Shown here piece by piece: positions 38,692 to 48,029 of a DNA stretch of 64,000 nucleotides. How positions within the stretch are numbered: position 1 is the stretch's first letter; every line of letters starts with the position of its first letter. The position numbers were made by a program, and so were the translations under genes. The notes below the pieces were generated by a model. The model made no database searches and was not told the origin of the DNA. It saw only the letters and a program-made list of their open reading frames with translations. The DNA comes from Candidatus Saccharimonadales bacterium (lineage in GTDB: Bacteria; Patescibacteriota; Saccharimonadia; Saccharimonadales; SZUA-47): positions 56,761 to 120,760 of the forward strand of contig JBGSRU010000002.1 of the NCBI GenBank assembly GCA_041737385.1, written 5' to 3'.

Positions 38692-39855
38692 ATGGAAAAA
38701 AAGTACAAAAGAGGTTTTCGGCTTCTTCAAACAGAAGCGATTCTGACATCGATGGTGATTACTATGCCGGTAATCAACCTACTATTTAACGATATAGGGA
38801 TGAGTCAGCTTCAAGTTGGTATTTCGCAAGCAATATTTATGATAGTTGCGCTTACTTTTGACGTGCCAACAGGCTGGCTTGCAGATCGATTCAGCCGTAA
38901 GGCTGTCAATATGTTTGGAGACTTGATTGCTGGTGTTGGCTTGTTGTTGTACGCAAGTGCAGGATCTTTCACTGTAGTGGTTATAAGTGAGATTATTGTG
39001 GGATTGGGTTTAGCCGCTACAAATGGAGCTGACGTTGGACTGCTTCGTGCTTACAGTGAAAAACTTGGTAAGTCTTATGCCCAAGTAAACGCCAGATTGT
39101 CTTCGATAAAACCACTATTTATGATTATCGGTACGCTTGTAGCAGGCTACATCGGTACATATAACATTCGGTGGCCTTTTGTGCTAGCTGGAATTGTGTA
39201 TTTTGTAGGTGCGTTTGTGTCTTTGTTTATACCAGAAATCGGCACAAAACGGATCACCGGAAAACATCCTTTGCGTGACATGATCGATATTGGATCCTTT
39301 ACATTTCGAGGCCATCGACAACTACGATGGCGCGTGTTTGCGGGGGTTTTTACTGGCAACCTAACACATACTGCTGTTTTTATTCTGACGCCAATATTTT
39401 TGGCTGCCGGATATGAAATTTCAATTCTTGGTATAGCGTGGGCACTGATGTGGGCAATGAATAGTGTCGGCGCAATCATAGCGAAGAAAATAGCCAGTAA
39501 CTTATCTGTACCAAAACAAGTGCTGTACCCGTCAATTATTGTTTTAGTTTCATACCTTGCTATGGCGATATCAATTAACAAAGTGAGTGTCTGGCTGTTT
39601 TTGGTGTTGAGTGCTTCTTTCGGTTGGTTTAGTGCGGTCATTGCACCAATTATTCAACACGCTGCTCCCGATGATATCCAGTCGACAGTAATTTCATTCG
39701 CTTCGGTTTTACGACGGTTATTTTATATTCCTTTAGTGATAATCATAAATGGACTTGGAAGCTTGCAATTAGAATATTCGATGCTGGGATCAGCTGTTAT
39801 CTACGGCGCCATGTTGCTGCTGCTCTACAAGCGACTAGTGTCTGCAGAGTCGTGA
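38692..39855 (+). CDS. MFS transporter
   Basis: Twelve-TM profile with an MFS motif-A-like loop (GWLADRFSRK). Confidence 0.75.
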   Translation: MEKKYKRGFRLLQTEAILTSMVITMPVINLLFNDIGMSQLQVGISQAIFMIVALTFDVPTGWLADRFSRKAVNMFGDLIAGVGLLLYASAGSFTVVVISEIIVGLGLAATNGADVGLLRAYSEKLGKSYAQVNARLSSIKPLFMIIGTLVAGYIGTYNIRWPFVLAGIVYFVGAFVSLFIPEIGTKRITGKHPLRDMIDIGSFTFRGHRQLRWRVFAGVFTGNLTHTAVFILTPIFLAAGYEISILGIAWALMWAMNSVGAIIAKKIASNLSVPKQVLYPSIIVLVSYLAMAISINKVSVWLFLVLSASFGWFSAVIAPIIQHAAPDDIQSTVISFASVLRRLFYIPLVIIINGLGSLQLEYSMLGSAVIYGAMLLLLYKRLVSAES

Positions 39856-39867
39856 TAAGCTAAAAGC

Positions 39868-40455
39868 ATGAACATAACAATTATTAGCGCAAGCATGCGC
39901 GGTGAATCACAGAGTCTCAAAGTGAGCAATTGGCTCGCTAAACACGTTACTGCACTAGGCGAAAAAGGATCTGTAGTGGACCTGCATGAAGTAAAGCTAC
40001 CAATGTTTGATGTTGGTGAGACGCCAGCACCACAAGCAGGGGAGCTGCTCGCTAAGCTCGAGGAGGCTGATGCGTTTGTTTTTGTTAGCCCTGAGTGGAA
40101 CGGTATGATGAGCCACGGTCTTATAAACATGCTTCATTATGCAGGACATCAGTTTGCCTATAAACCAGTAATGCTTGTCGGCGTCAGTGCTGGTCGCGGC
40201 GGTACATACCCATTAGAACAGATGAAAGTGGTCGGGCAGAAAAATAGACACTACGTGATAAGCCCTGAGAATTTAGTCGTAAGTGGCGTCAACGATGCCT
40301 TTAATGACACTGATATGTCAGAGTCCAGCGCCGATTTCCAACTTAAATCACGCGCAGATTATTCTTTGAAAATACTTATTGAACTATCAAAAGCCCTGAA
40401 GCCTGTTAGAGCGTCTGATGTCATTGATCTCGAGACCTTTGTAAACGGTGTCTAG
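39868..40455 (+). CDS. NAD(P)H-dependent FMN reductase (flavodoxin-like fold)
   Basis: N-terminus MNITIISASMRGESQS and EADAFVFVSPEWNG, typical of the FMN_red family. Confidence 0.65.
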   Translation: MNITIISASMRGESQSLKVSNWLAKHVTALGEKGSVVDLHEVKLPMFDVGETPAPQAGELLAKLEEADAFVFVSPEWNGMMSHGLINMLHYAGHQFAYKPVMLVGVSAGRGGTYPLEQMKVVGQKNRHYVISPENLVVSGVNDAFNDTDMSESSADFQLKSRADYSLKILIELSKALKPVRASDVIDLETFVNGV

Positions 40456-40487
40456 GTACTGATATAGCCTTGTGATACTATACGGTT

Positions 40488-41471
40488 ATGGTTAGTGTGT
40501 TTGAGGTGAGTGCTGTCTCTTTTACCTTAAATGGTGGAGGAGAAGTAGCGGTTATTCCTTTCCTTTCTATTGTATTGGTTGGAATCGTGTTTGTCGTGCC
40601 ACCTGCACTGTTTCGGAAAGCTTATTTTTACCGAAGACGACTCAAAAAAAACGTCATAACTGCAGAGTACGAACCACCTCTTGGACTTAATCCAGCTGAA
40701 ATAGGTTATTTGTTTGATGGGAAGTTACGAGAACGAGAGATAGCCGCAACGATAATTCACCTTGTGCAGAGGGGTTACTTGCACGTAAAAGCCGTTAAAA
40801 ATCAAAAGAAGATATACGCCGGTCCTCGTATTGGAGATGATCTAAAAACATACGAGAAAAAATTAATAGAACAAGCTCTTAGTGCGGGTGAAGAAGGCGC
40901 GAGCGCTGATCAACTATTGTCACGCTTCATGTCCTATAAATACAAATCAAAAAATTTAGAAGTGACGTCTGGTCCTAGAGAATTAATTTTCACACAGCTA
41001 GTTCATTCAGACTTGAAAAGACGTCAATACGTAAAAGGTTCTATGTTTAAAACCTTTTTACTTGGTGCAGTGAAAATTGGGTTGGGACTGCAAATCATCA
41101 CTATATTTATTCCTTTAACGATATTGTGGGTTGCTGCGACAGCTTCAAGCGGCGCAGCAGACATTAAAATTCTGCTTTGGATGTGGTTCATTGGATTAAT
41201 GATATGTATTTTCTTTTTCTTTCCTTTTGTTGTTGCTGGAGCGGTTTTAAACTATTTGAGGGGTAGAATTATTGGAAGAGAGTGGATTATCACCCCGAAA
41301 CTTAGTAGATTATGGCCTCAGATAGTTGGCTATAGACAATATATAAAGCTTGTCGAAAATGATCGGTTGGAGTTCTATTCAAAAGAAATGAAAAAAATCA
41401 GCAGAAATGATACTTTACCGTATGCCGTCGCTCTTGGGTTTGTAAAGAATTGGCGAGATCTACTGTATTAA
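40488..41471 (+). CDS. DUF2207-like membrane protein, short paralog lacking the N-terminal extracytoplasmic domain
   Basis: EYEPPLGLNPAEIGYLFDGKLREREIAATIIHLVQRGYL aligns with the mid-region of the 593-aa DUF2207 protein at 46248 (YFGRPKNVSVMQAAYVVGNKFVATHITASIVDLAIRGYI). Confidence 0.5.
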   Translation: MVSVFEVSAVSFTLNGGGEVAVIPFLSIVLVGIVFVVPPALFRKAYFYRRRLKKNVITAEYEPPLGLNPAEIGYLFDGKLREREIAATIIHLVQRGYLHVKAVKNQKKIYAGPRIGDDLKTYEKKLIEQALSAGEEGASADQLLSRFMSYKYKSKNLEVTSGPRELIFTQLVHSDLKRRQYVKGSMFKTFLLGAVKIGLGLQIITIFIPLTILWVAATASSGAADIKILLWMWFIGLMICIFFFFPFVVAGAVLNYLRGRIIGREWIITPKLSRLWPQIVGYRQYIKLVENDRLEFYSKEMKKISRNDTLPYAVALGFVKNWRDLLY

Positions 41472-41543
41472 ACATAGATGCATAATTAAGCCTTAGCTTT
41501 AAGCGCTTTTCAACAGAGATGTTGTCGCGTACAATAGGTGTAA

Positions 41544-42563
41544 ATGAAGCAAATAAACGCGGCACGAGTAGTGCTAAAAAAACAGTTTGAGAAATTAGAG
41601 GATAAAAAAGCGATTTTGCGTGCTCCTGAGTTGCGTGCGCTGTTCGATGGGATTAGAGATGTTCCGGCTGAAGAGCGCGGAGCTTACGGAAAAGCAGTCA
41701 ACGGCCTGAAAGAGGAAGTTGCTAGCTGGGTAGACGACAGTAACGGTGTCGAAGAAGATACTGCCTCTATTGACGTCACCGCGCCGTGGGACGAGAATAC
41801 GCCAATAGACAAACGGCCACGCTTCCTGCCAAGTGAGCAAGGCACCGTACATCCACTCTTAACTGAAATTGAGTTAATCTGTGATATCTACCAACGAATG
41901 GGTTTTGTTGTTGAGGATTCACGCGAAATAGATGATGACTTTCACATGTTTGAATCATTAAATTTTCCAGAAGACCATCCCGCGCGTGATGATTACGACA
42001 CGTTCATGACCGATGAAGGCTTGGTGGCGCCCGCTCACACCAGCACGATGCAAAACAGAATGCTGCAGAAATATAAAGGCAATCTAGAGAGTGGTGAACC
42101 GATTGCTGTGGTTGTTCCTGATAGAGTGTTTAGAAATGAAGATCTTGATGCGACACACGAACATACCTTTTATCAGATTGAGGGAATTTACGTTGGCAAA
42201 GGCGTTAATGTCGGTAATTTGATCGCAACTTTGTCAGCATTTATGAATGAATATTTTGGTCAAGAACTCAAAACAAAGCTTCAACCATTTTATTTTCCCT
42301 TCACTGAACCGAGTTTTGAGTTTGCGATTGAGCGACCTGACATCTTGAAAAAAGATAATTCAGAAGAACAAAAATGGCTTGAGCTACTTGGTTGTGGCAT
42401 GATTCACCCCAATGTACTGAGTGCCGCTAACATCGATCCAACAGTATATACAGGCTTTGCTTGGGGAAATGGCATTGAGCGAATGGTAATGATGAAAAAT
42501 GGTATTGAAGACGTTCGGCACTTTGAATCAGCAAACTTGAAATTCTTGAGGCAATTCAAATGA
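41544..42563 (+). CDS. pheS: Phenylalanyl-tRNA synthetase alpha subunit
   Basis: Class II motif 2 FRNEDLDATHEHTFYQIEG and motif 3 GFAWGNGIERMVM. Confidence 0.95.
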   Translation: MKQINAARVVLKKQFEKLEDKKAILRAPELRALFDGIRDVPAEERGAYGKAVNGLKEEVASWVDDSNGVEEDTASIDVTAPWDENTPIDKRPRFLPSEQGTVHPLLTEIELICDIYQRMGFVVEDSREIDDDFHMFESLNFPEDHPARDDYDTFMTDEGLVAPAHTSTMQNRMLQKYKGNLESGEPIAVVVPDRVFRNEDLDATHEHTFYQIEGIYVGKGVNVGNLIATLSAFMNEYFGQELKTKLQPFYFPFTEPSFEFAIERPDILKKDNSEEQKWLELLGCGMIHPNVLSAANIDPTVYTGFAWGNGIERMVMMKNGIEDVRHFESANLKFLRQFK

Positions 42564-42739
42564 AATTTAAGACAAAACAATATATTCTAGTCGTGCTGGG
42601 TTTGCTTTCCCTGCTGATAATCATTGGTGATATTTTGGATAAGGATTGGTTTTTTGCTGTTGGTAATTTTGTATTTTTTGGTGGTACACTCGTTTTTCTA
42701 TACTTTGATTTAAAGTCTTCAGCCAAAGGGAGAAAGTAG
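42560..42739 (+). CDS. Small two-TM membrane protein (59 aa; below the ORF-track cutoff)
   Basis: Its ATG overlaps the pheS stop (ATGA). Two hydrophobic helices (ILVVLGLLSLLIIIG, FAVGNFVFFGGTLVFLYF). Its stop overlaps the GTG start of the next gene. Confidence 0.4.
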   Translation: MKFKTKQYILVVLGLLSLLIIIGDILDKDWFFAVGNFVFFGGTLVFLYFDLKSSAKGRK

Positions 42740-43317
42740 TGAAAAACGCTATATTAATTCCGGGTAGACCCGATAGGGAAGAATGGTACAACTCCGACGG
42801 TCCAACTAATAGCAATAGCCACTGGTTCCCTTGGTTATCCAAGCAATTGATCCTTAAAGATATCCATGCTGTTGCGATAGAAATGCCGTTAGCATTTATG
42901 CCTAGATACGAGGCATGGAAGAGAGAATTTGAGAGGTTTGAAATAACAGAAGAGACAATACTCATAGGACATAGTTGCGGAGGAGGGTTTTTAGTCAGGT
43001 GGCTGAGTGAAAATAAGGATAGGAAAGTTGGGAAAGTCATCCTAGTCGCTCCGTGGATAAACCCTGAGAACAATCCTGCTTCAGACACTTCAGATTTCTT
43101 CAATTTTGAGATTGATCCAGATTTCGTATATAGGACAAATGGTACTACAATTTTTAGTTCGGATAATGATCATAAGAGCATTCAGGAAACAATTAAAATA
43201 CTACAAGAAGTAGTAAAAAATTTGAAGCTAGTAGATTTTCATAACTACGGTCATTTTTGCTACGGAGACATGAAAACAGAACAGTTCCCTGAACTTTTAA
43301 AAGAGGCAGTAGCATGA
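42739..43317 (+). CDS. Alpha/beta hydrolase, YdeN/RBBP9-like serine hydrolase
   Basis: GTG start; nucleophile elbow GHSCGG; C-terminal FHNYGHF (His). It lies inside the pheS-pheT interval. Confidence 0.6.
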   Translation: MKNAILIPGRPDREEWYNSDGPTNSNSHWFPWLSKQLILKDIHAVAIEMPLAFMPRYEAWKREFERFEITEETILIGHSCGGGFLVRWLSENKDRKVGKVILVAPWINPENNPASDTSDFFNFEIDPDFVYRTNGTTIFSSDNDHKSIQETIKILQEVVKNLKLVDFHNYGHFCYGDMKTEQFPELLKEAVA

Positions 43318-43760
43318 GCACAATTTTCGATAAGATAGTTTCTGGAGAGATGAAATCATGGATAGTCTGGGAAGATGAAAATTATTTGGCGTTTCTAACT
43401 CCTTTTCCTAATACACCTGGATTTACTGTGGTGATTCCTAAAGAAAATATGAGTGACTACTTATTCAGCATGGAAGACGATGCTTATTCAGAGTTGTTAC
43501 TAGCATCAAGAAAAGTTGTAAAGAAACTAGAGAAAGCATTTGATACGCCTCGAGTTGCAATGATTGTTGAAGGAACAGGTGTCGCACATGTACACATAAA
43601 GTTATTGCCACTAATTGGAGAGCTTGCAGGACAGACAGATGTTTGGAGTAAAGAAAAAGAGTTTCACTCAGAATATATTGGTTATATTACTTCAGCTGAA
43701 GGCCCTAAAATGGACGACGTAGTACTAGAAGAAATACAAAAGAGGATTATAGAGTCATGA
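43314..43760 (+). CDS. HIT-family (Hint-like) protein with a non-canonical histidine-triad region
   Basis: Hint-like N-terminus IFDKIVSGEMKSWIVWEDENYLAFLTPFPNTPGFTVVIPKENM, but the triad region reads VAHVHIKLLP rather than HxHxHxx. 4-nt overlap with both neighbours. Confidence 0.6.
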   Translation: MSTIFDKIVSGEMKSWIVWEDENYLAFLTPFPNTPGFTVVIPKENMSDYLFSMEDDAYSELLLASRKVVKKLEKAFDTPRVAMIVEGTGVAHVHIKLLPLIGELAGQTDVWSKEKEFHSEYIGYITSAEGPKMDDVVLEEIQKRIIES

Positions 43761-46276
43761 AAGTTAGTTTAAATTTAGCTCAAGAGTTCAGTAATGTTGA
43801 TTTGAAGTCTATTCCTCATGATGAACTCGTAACTAAGATTGGCGCTCAACTAGGTGCCGTTGAAGAAGTAGTCGACTATGCACCACGATATAAAAATATA
43901 GTTGTAGTGAAAGTTGTTGAGTGTAAGAAGCATCCGAACGCTGACAAGCTTAGTCTGTGTCGCGTTGATGACGGAGGAGTTACTGCAAACGTTGAAAGAG
44001 GTGATGATGGGCTGGTCCAAGTCGTGTGTGGAGCACCGAACGTAAAAGCTGGAATGTTTGCAGTCTGGATACCACCTGAAGCAACAGTGCCAAGTACGCT
44101 CGACAAAGAATCATTCGTACTAGAAGCACGCGAACTGCGGGGTAAGGTAAGTAATGGTATGCTCGCGAGTCCCAAAGAGCTCGCAATTAGTGAAGAACAT
44201 GACGGTATCCTTGAGCTCACTGAGCAAGACGCTGGCCGTGAGCCAAAAATTGGCGAGTCTATAACGCATTATTTTGGGCTCGATGACTTTGTTATCGATT
44301 GTGAAAACAAAATGTTCACTCATCGTCCTGATTGTTTTGGTAATCTTGGTGTTGCACGTGAGCTAGCAGGGATTAGTGGACTAAAGTTTGAAAGCCCCAA
44401 GTGGTATTTAAATCTGCCTATTTTTGAATCACCAGATAAATTGCCTATGAAAGTTGAAAATAACGCCACTGAATTATCTAGCAGATTTACCGTAGTTACT
44501 ATGGACGGTATTAAAATCAAGTCTAGCCCAACTTGGATGACAAACTTACTGAAAAGAGTAGGAATCAAATCTATAAATAATGTAGTTGATATCACTAATT
44601 ATGTAATGCATTTAACCGGTCAGCCAATGCACGCATTTGACTATGACAAACTTCAGAAGTACTCTGACGAGCCGTCCATTCAAGTTCGAAACGCTCTAGA
44701 AAACGAAGAGATTACACTGCTGGGAAATAAGAAAATAGTCATGAATAGTTCGGATTTAGTTCTTGCGACCGATAAAACATCGGTTGATATTGCTGGAATA
44801 ATGGGTGGTGCTAACACTGAAGTTGATGATTCTACAAAACGTATCGTTCTGACATGCACGAACTTTGATATGTACGCAATTCGTCGTTCTAGTATGCGGC
44901 ACGGCTTGTTTACTGACGCAGTAACGAGAAATAATAAAGGAATTAGTCCTCTACAGAATGACAGAATAATTGCGTATGCCATGAAACTTATGACTGAACA
45001 CGCTGGGGCAGAGCAAGCTAGCCGAGTATACGATTTGAGTAGTTTTGATATCCACTCAGATAACTTGAACCACGTTGAGACAACAATTGAGTTTATCAAC
45101 CAGCGTCTGGGGACTTCACTCATGCCCGAAGAAGTTAAAAACCTTTTAGAAAATGTTGAATTTAGTGTTGCGCTTCAAGGAGAAACACTACTTATTACTG
45201 CACCATTCTGGAGAATGGATATTGCGATTGGTGAGGATATCGTTGAAGAAGTGGGTCGGTTATATGGGTATCAAAATGTTCCTACAATTTTGCCAGCACG
45301 AACTTCTAAACCTGCTAATAGAAATAAAGGAAGAGATTTTACGCGTCATATACGGTATACGCTGCGCAAAGCTGGTGCTAATGAAGTACTAACATATAGT
45401 TTCGTGCACGGTGACCTGCTGAAGAATACGGGTACGGATCCTGAAAAGTGGGCCTACCATGTGCGTAACGCGCTTAGTCCCGACCTGCAGTATTATCGAA
45501 CGAGCTTAGCGCCAAGTCTACTAGCGAAGATACATAGCAATCTGAAAGCAGGTGCCGGCAGGGGCGACAATGAGTTTGCTTTGTTTGAAGTAGGAAAAGT
45601 ACATGTAAAAGGTGAAATGGAGCACGATGAGCCAACACTTCCAAAGCAGATGAAGCGAATAGCATTTGTCTATGCCGCCGATGATAAAACGGCCAAAAAA
45701 TATCACGGCTCGCCGTACTATCAAGCTAAAAAATATCTTGATAGTATTACTCACGGACAAGCGACATATAGCCCACTCGATACAAACGAGTATCCGGTTG
45801 TGTCTGCATATGAGCAATCACGCTCAGCAGTTGTCACCGTCAACGAACAGATACTTGGTGTGATTGGCGAGTATACTTCAAACGCGAAAAAACACCTTAA
45901 ACTCCCAGCTTTTTGTGCTGGATTTGAACTAGATGTTGATTTATTAAAACAACATCTTAACCAAGAGACGTATAGCCCATTATCAACGTATCCAGATACT
46001 CTGCAGGACATAACCTTTGAAGTTGAATCTGATGTTAGCTGGGGGCATCTTGAGCAGCTTCTCCATGCAGAACTAGCAGTAGCTAAAGCAGAAAGTGGCT
46101 ACGACTACACGATTGAGCCTCTAGATATCTTTAAAAAAGAGGATGATAATAGGCGCATTAGTTACCGTATACAGCTTACACACCACAATAAAACGATGAA
46201 AACTGAAGAAGTTAATAGCTTGTTAGATCAAATCGCAAAGGCAGCTCATGAGAATCTTCACGCAAAACGCATATAA
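43757..46276 (+). CDS. pheT: Phenylalanyl-tRNA synthetase beta subunit
   Basis: 839 aa with an N-terminal tRNA-binding (EMAP-like) domain, B3/B4, B5 and a C-terminal FDX-ACB-like region. Confidence 0.9.
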   Translation: MKVSLNLAQEFSNVDLKSIPHDELVTKIGAQLGAVEEVVDYAPRYKNIVVVKVVECKKHPNADKLSLCRVDDGGVTANVERGDDGLVQVVCGAPNVKAGMFAVWIPPEATVPSTLDKESFVLEARELRGKVSNGMLASPKELAISEEHDGILELTEQDAGREPKIGESITHYFGLDDFVIDCENKMFTHRPDCFGNLGVARELAGISGLKFESPKWYLNLPIFESPDKLPMKVENNATELSSRFTVVTMDGIKIKSSPTWMTNLLKRVGIKSINNVVDITNYVMHLTGQPMHAFDYDKLQKYSDEPSIQVRNALENEEITLLGNKKIVMNSSDLVLATDKTSVDIAGIMGGANTEVDDSTKRIVLTCTNFDMYAIRRSSMRHGLFTDAVTRNNKGISPLQNDRIIAYAMKLMTEHAGAEQASRVYDLSSFDIHSDNLNHVETTIEFINQRLGTSLMPEEVKNLLENVEFSVALQGETLLITAPFWRMDIAIGEDIVEEVGRLYGYQNVPTILPARTSKPANRNKGRDFTRHIRYTLRKAGANEVLTYSFVHGDLLKNTGTDPEKWAYHVRNALSPDLQYYRTSLAPSLLAKIHSNLKAGAGRGDNEFALFEVGKVHVKGEMEHDEPTLPKQMKRIAFVYAADDKTAKKYHGSPYYQAKKYLDSITHGQATYSPLDTNEYPVVSAYEQSRSAVVTVNEQILGVIGEYTSNAKKHLKLPAFCAGFELDVDLLKQHLNQETYSPLSTYPDTLQDITFEVESDVSWGHLEQLLHAELAVAKAESGYDYTIEPLDIFKKEDDNRRISYRIQLTHHNKTMKTEEVNSLLDQIAKAAHENLHAKRI

Positions 46277-48029
46277 GCTACTGAAGTGCACTTTGATCGC
46301 TAGCATTTTCTCCATACTGTTAGTTGCTTCGTCATCAGCTCAAGGAGTGCAAGATTTTGTTATTACATCCTTTGACGCGTCATATGAATTAACCAATGAA
46401 GATCCTCAAGGGTTGTTAAAAATAACCGAGACTATAGAGCTGAACTTCAGTGGTCAAAATCAAGGAATTCTGCGGGCGATACCAAATGACTATAAAGGCA
46501 ACAAACAAAATGTGAAGATAGTATCAGTTCAAAGAGCAACCACGACCAGTGCTGAGGCTATGCCTTATAGGCAGGAACCATATTTTACCTATCTGGAAAA
46601 TGGCAATCTTATCGTGCGCATCGGACAGGCGGGAGTTTATATAACTGGTCCACAGAGCTACGAACTAACTTATGAAGTTGAAAACGTCATTACATTTTAT
46701 GATGACTATGATGAATTGTTCTGGGATATAAATGGTGATCAGTGGCTACAACCGTTTGTAACAGTGTCTGTAGAAGCGAGAACAAGTGCGAGAATCCGAG
46801 ATCCAGGAGTGATTTGTTATGCAGGAGCAAATGACTCTAAAGAACAATCATGTGATGTAACGAGTGAAGCCACAGTGTTCTCAGTAAACACCACTAGGGC
46901 TCTTGATAAAGGAGAGACGCTGAGCGTCGTTGCTGCATTCGAAAAGGATTATTTTACGCCGTTATCTTGGTGGGAAGTGAATAAAAACTTCGTTTTGGTG
47001 AGCCCGATATTTTTGCTTCAAGCCGCAGCAGGTCGTTCGGCCTACAAAAAATGGAAAAAATACGGTAAAGACTACAAGAAGCGCGGGATCACCGTACCGT
47101 ACTTTGGTCGCCCTAAAAACGTTAGTGTGATGCAGGCAGCATACGTCGTCGGCAACAAGTTTGTAGCAACACACATTACGGCTTCTATTGTCGATTTAGC
47201 TATTAGGGGCTATATACAAATAACGGAAAAGAAGGATGGTCGTATAGTTACGCACGAACTGACAATTGTTAAAGTCGTAGACGAAACGCTCACTGATGAC
47301 GAGCAAACGCTCATAAAGGAAATATTTGGAAGCGCGTCTGTAGGCAACACGATCAAACTTGAAAACGAGAAAAATAAATTATATAAAGCAGTCACAAAGC
47401 TGTCAAAACTAATCGATGAAAGTATGTTTGAGAAGGGTTACTACGAACTGTCTCCCACCAATGCATACAAAAAAATCGGTTCAACATTTTTTTTGAGTAT
47501 TGTAGCGATTGTTATAGGGTTTGCAGCGGCAAGCTATAGTCAAGGAACTACAGCAATTACGAGCATAGTTCTCATAATAGTAGTTATTGTTTTTACAGCG
47601 TTGATGAGCAAACGGAGTAAATCTGGAATGATGTTAGTTGAACACATGGAAGGCCTTAAGCTCTACCTAAAACAGGCTGAGAAGGACAGGATTCAGCAAC
47701 AAGATGCAGTTGAGGCTCCGTTAGCTGTGAATAGTGGTCAGCCTGTAAGAGACGTAAAATTTTTCGAGAAGCTACTGCCATACGCAATTGTTATGGGTGT
47801 CGAAAAATCATGGGCTGGTGCATTCAAAGATATCTACACCCAACCACCAGAGTGGTACGGTGGTAACTGGAACACCTTCACAACCGCCGCTTTGATTAGT
47901 GGTATTGCCAATACGAACGCTGCAACGGTAGCGTCATTTTCAGCGCCGGCCAGCTCAAGCGGTTCTGGTTTCTCTGGAGGCGGAGGCGCTGGTGGCGGCG
48001 GTGGCGGCGGAGGCGGCGGAGGCTGGTGA
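46248..48029 (+). CDS. DUF2207-family membrane protein with a Gly-rich C-terminal tail
   Basis: N-terminal signal/TM segment, a large extracytoplasmic domain, TM helices, and a C-terminus SGFSGGGGAGGGGGGGGGGGW, which is characteristic of DUF2207. Confidence 0.6.
   Translation: MRIFTQNAYKLLKCTLIASIFSILLVASSSAQGVQDFVITSFDASYELTNEDPQGLLKITETIELNFSGQNQGILRAIPNDYKGNKQNVKIVSVQRATTTSAEAMPYRQEPYFTYLENGNLIVRIGQAGVYITGPQSYELTYEVENVITFYDDYDELFWDINGDQWLQPFVTVSVEARTSARIRDPGVICYAGANDSKEQSCDVTSEATVFSVNTTRALDKGETLSVVAAFEKDYFTPLSWWEVNKNFVLVSPIFLLQAAAGRSAYKKWKKYGKDYKKRGITVPYFGRPKNVSVMQAAYVVGNKFVATHITASIVDLAIRGYIQITEKKDGRIVTHELTIVKVVDETLTDDEQTLIKEIFGSASVGNTIKLENEKNKLYKAVTKLSKLIDESMFEKGYYELSPTNAYKKIGSTFFLSIVAIVIGFAAASYSQGTTAITSIVLIIVVIVFTALMSKRSKSGMMLVEHMEGLKLYLKQAEKDRIQQQDAVEAPLAVNSGQPVRDVKFFEKLLPYAIVMGVEKSWAGAFKDIYTQPPEWYGGNWNTFTTAALISGIANTNAATVASFSAPASSSGSGFSGGGGAGGGGGGGGGGGW
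47976..48026 (+). repeat. (GGN)n simple-sequence tract encoding poly-Gly
   Basis: ggaggcggaggcgctggtggcggcggtggcggcggaggcggcggaggctgg. Confidence 0.8.

Noticed and set aside
42621-43103. 160-aa minus-strand ORF
   Set aside because: It is fully antisense to the alpha/beta-hydrolase gene, which has clear family motifs. It is low-complexity and has no ribosome-binding site.
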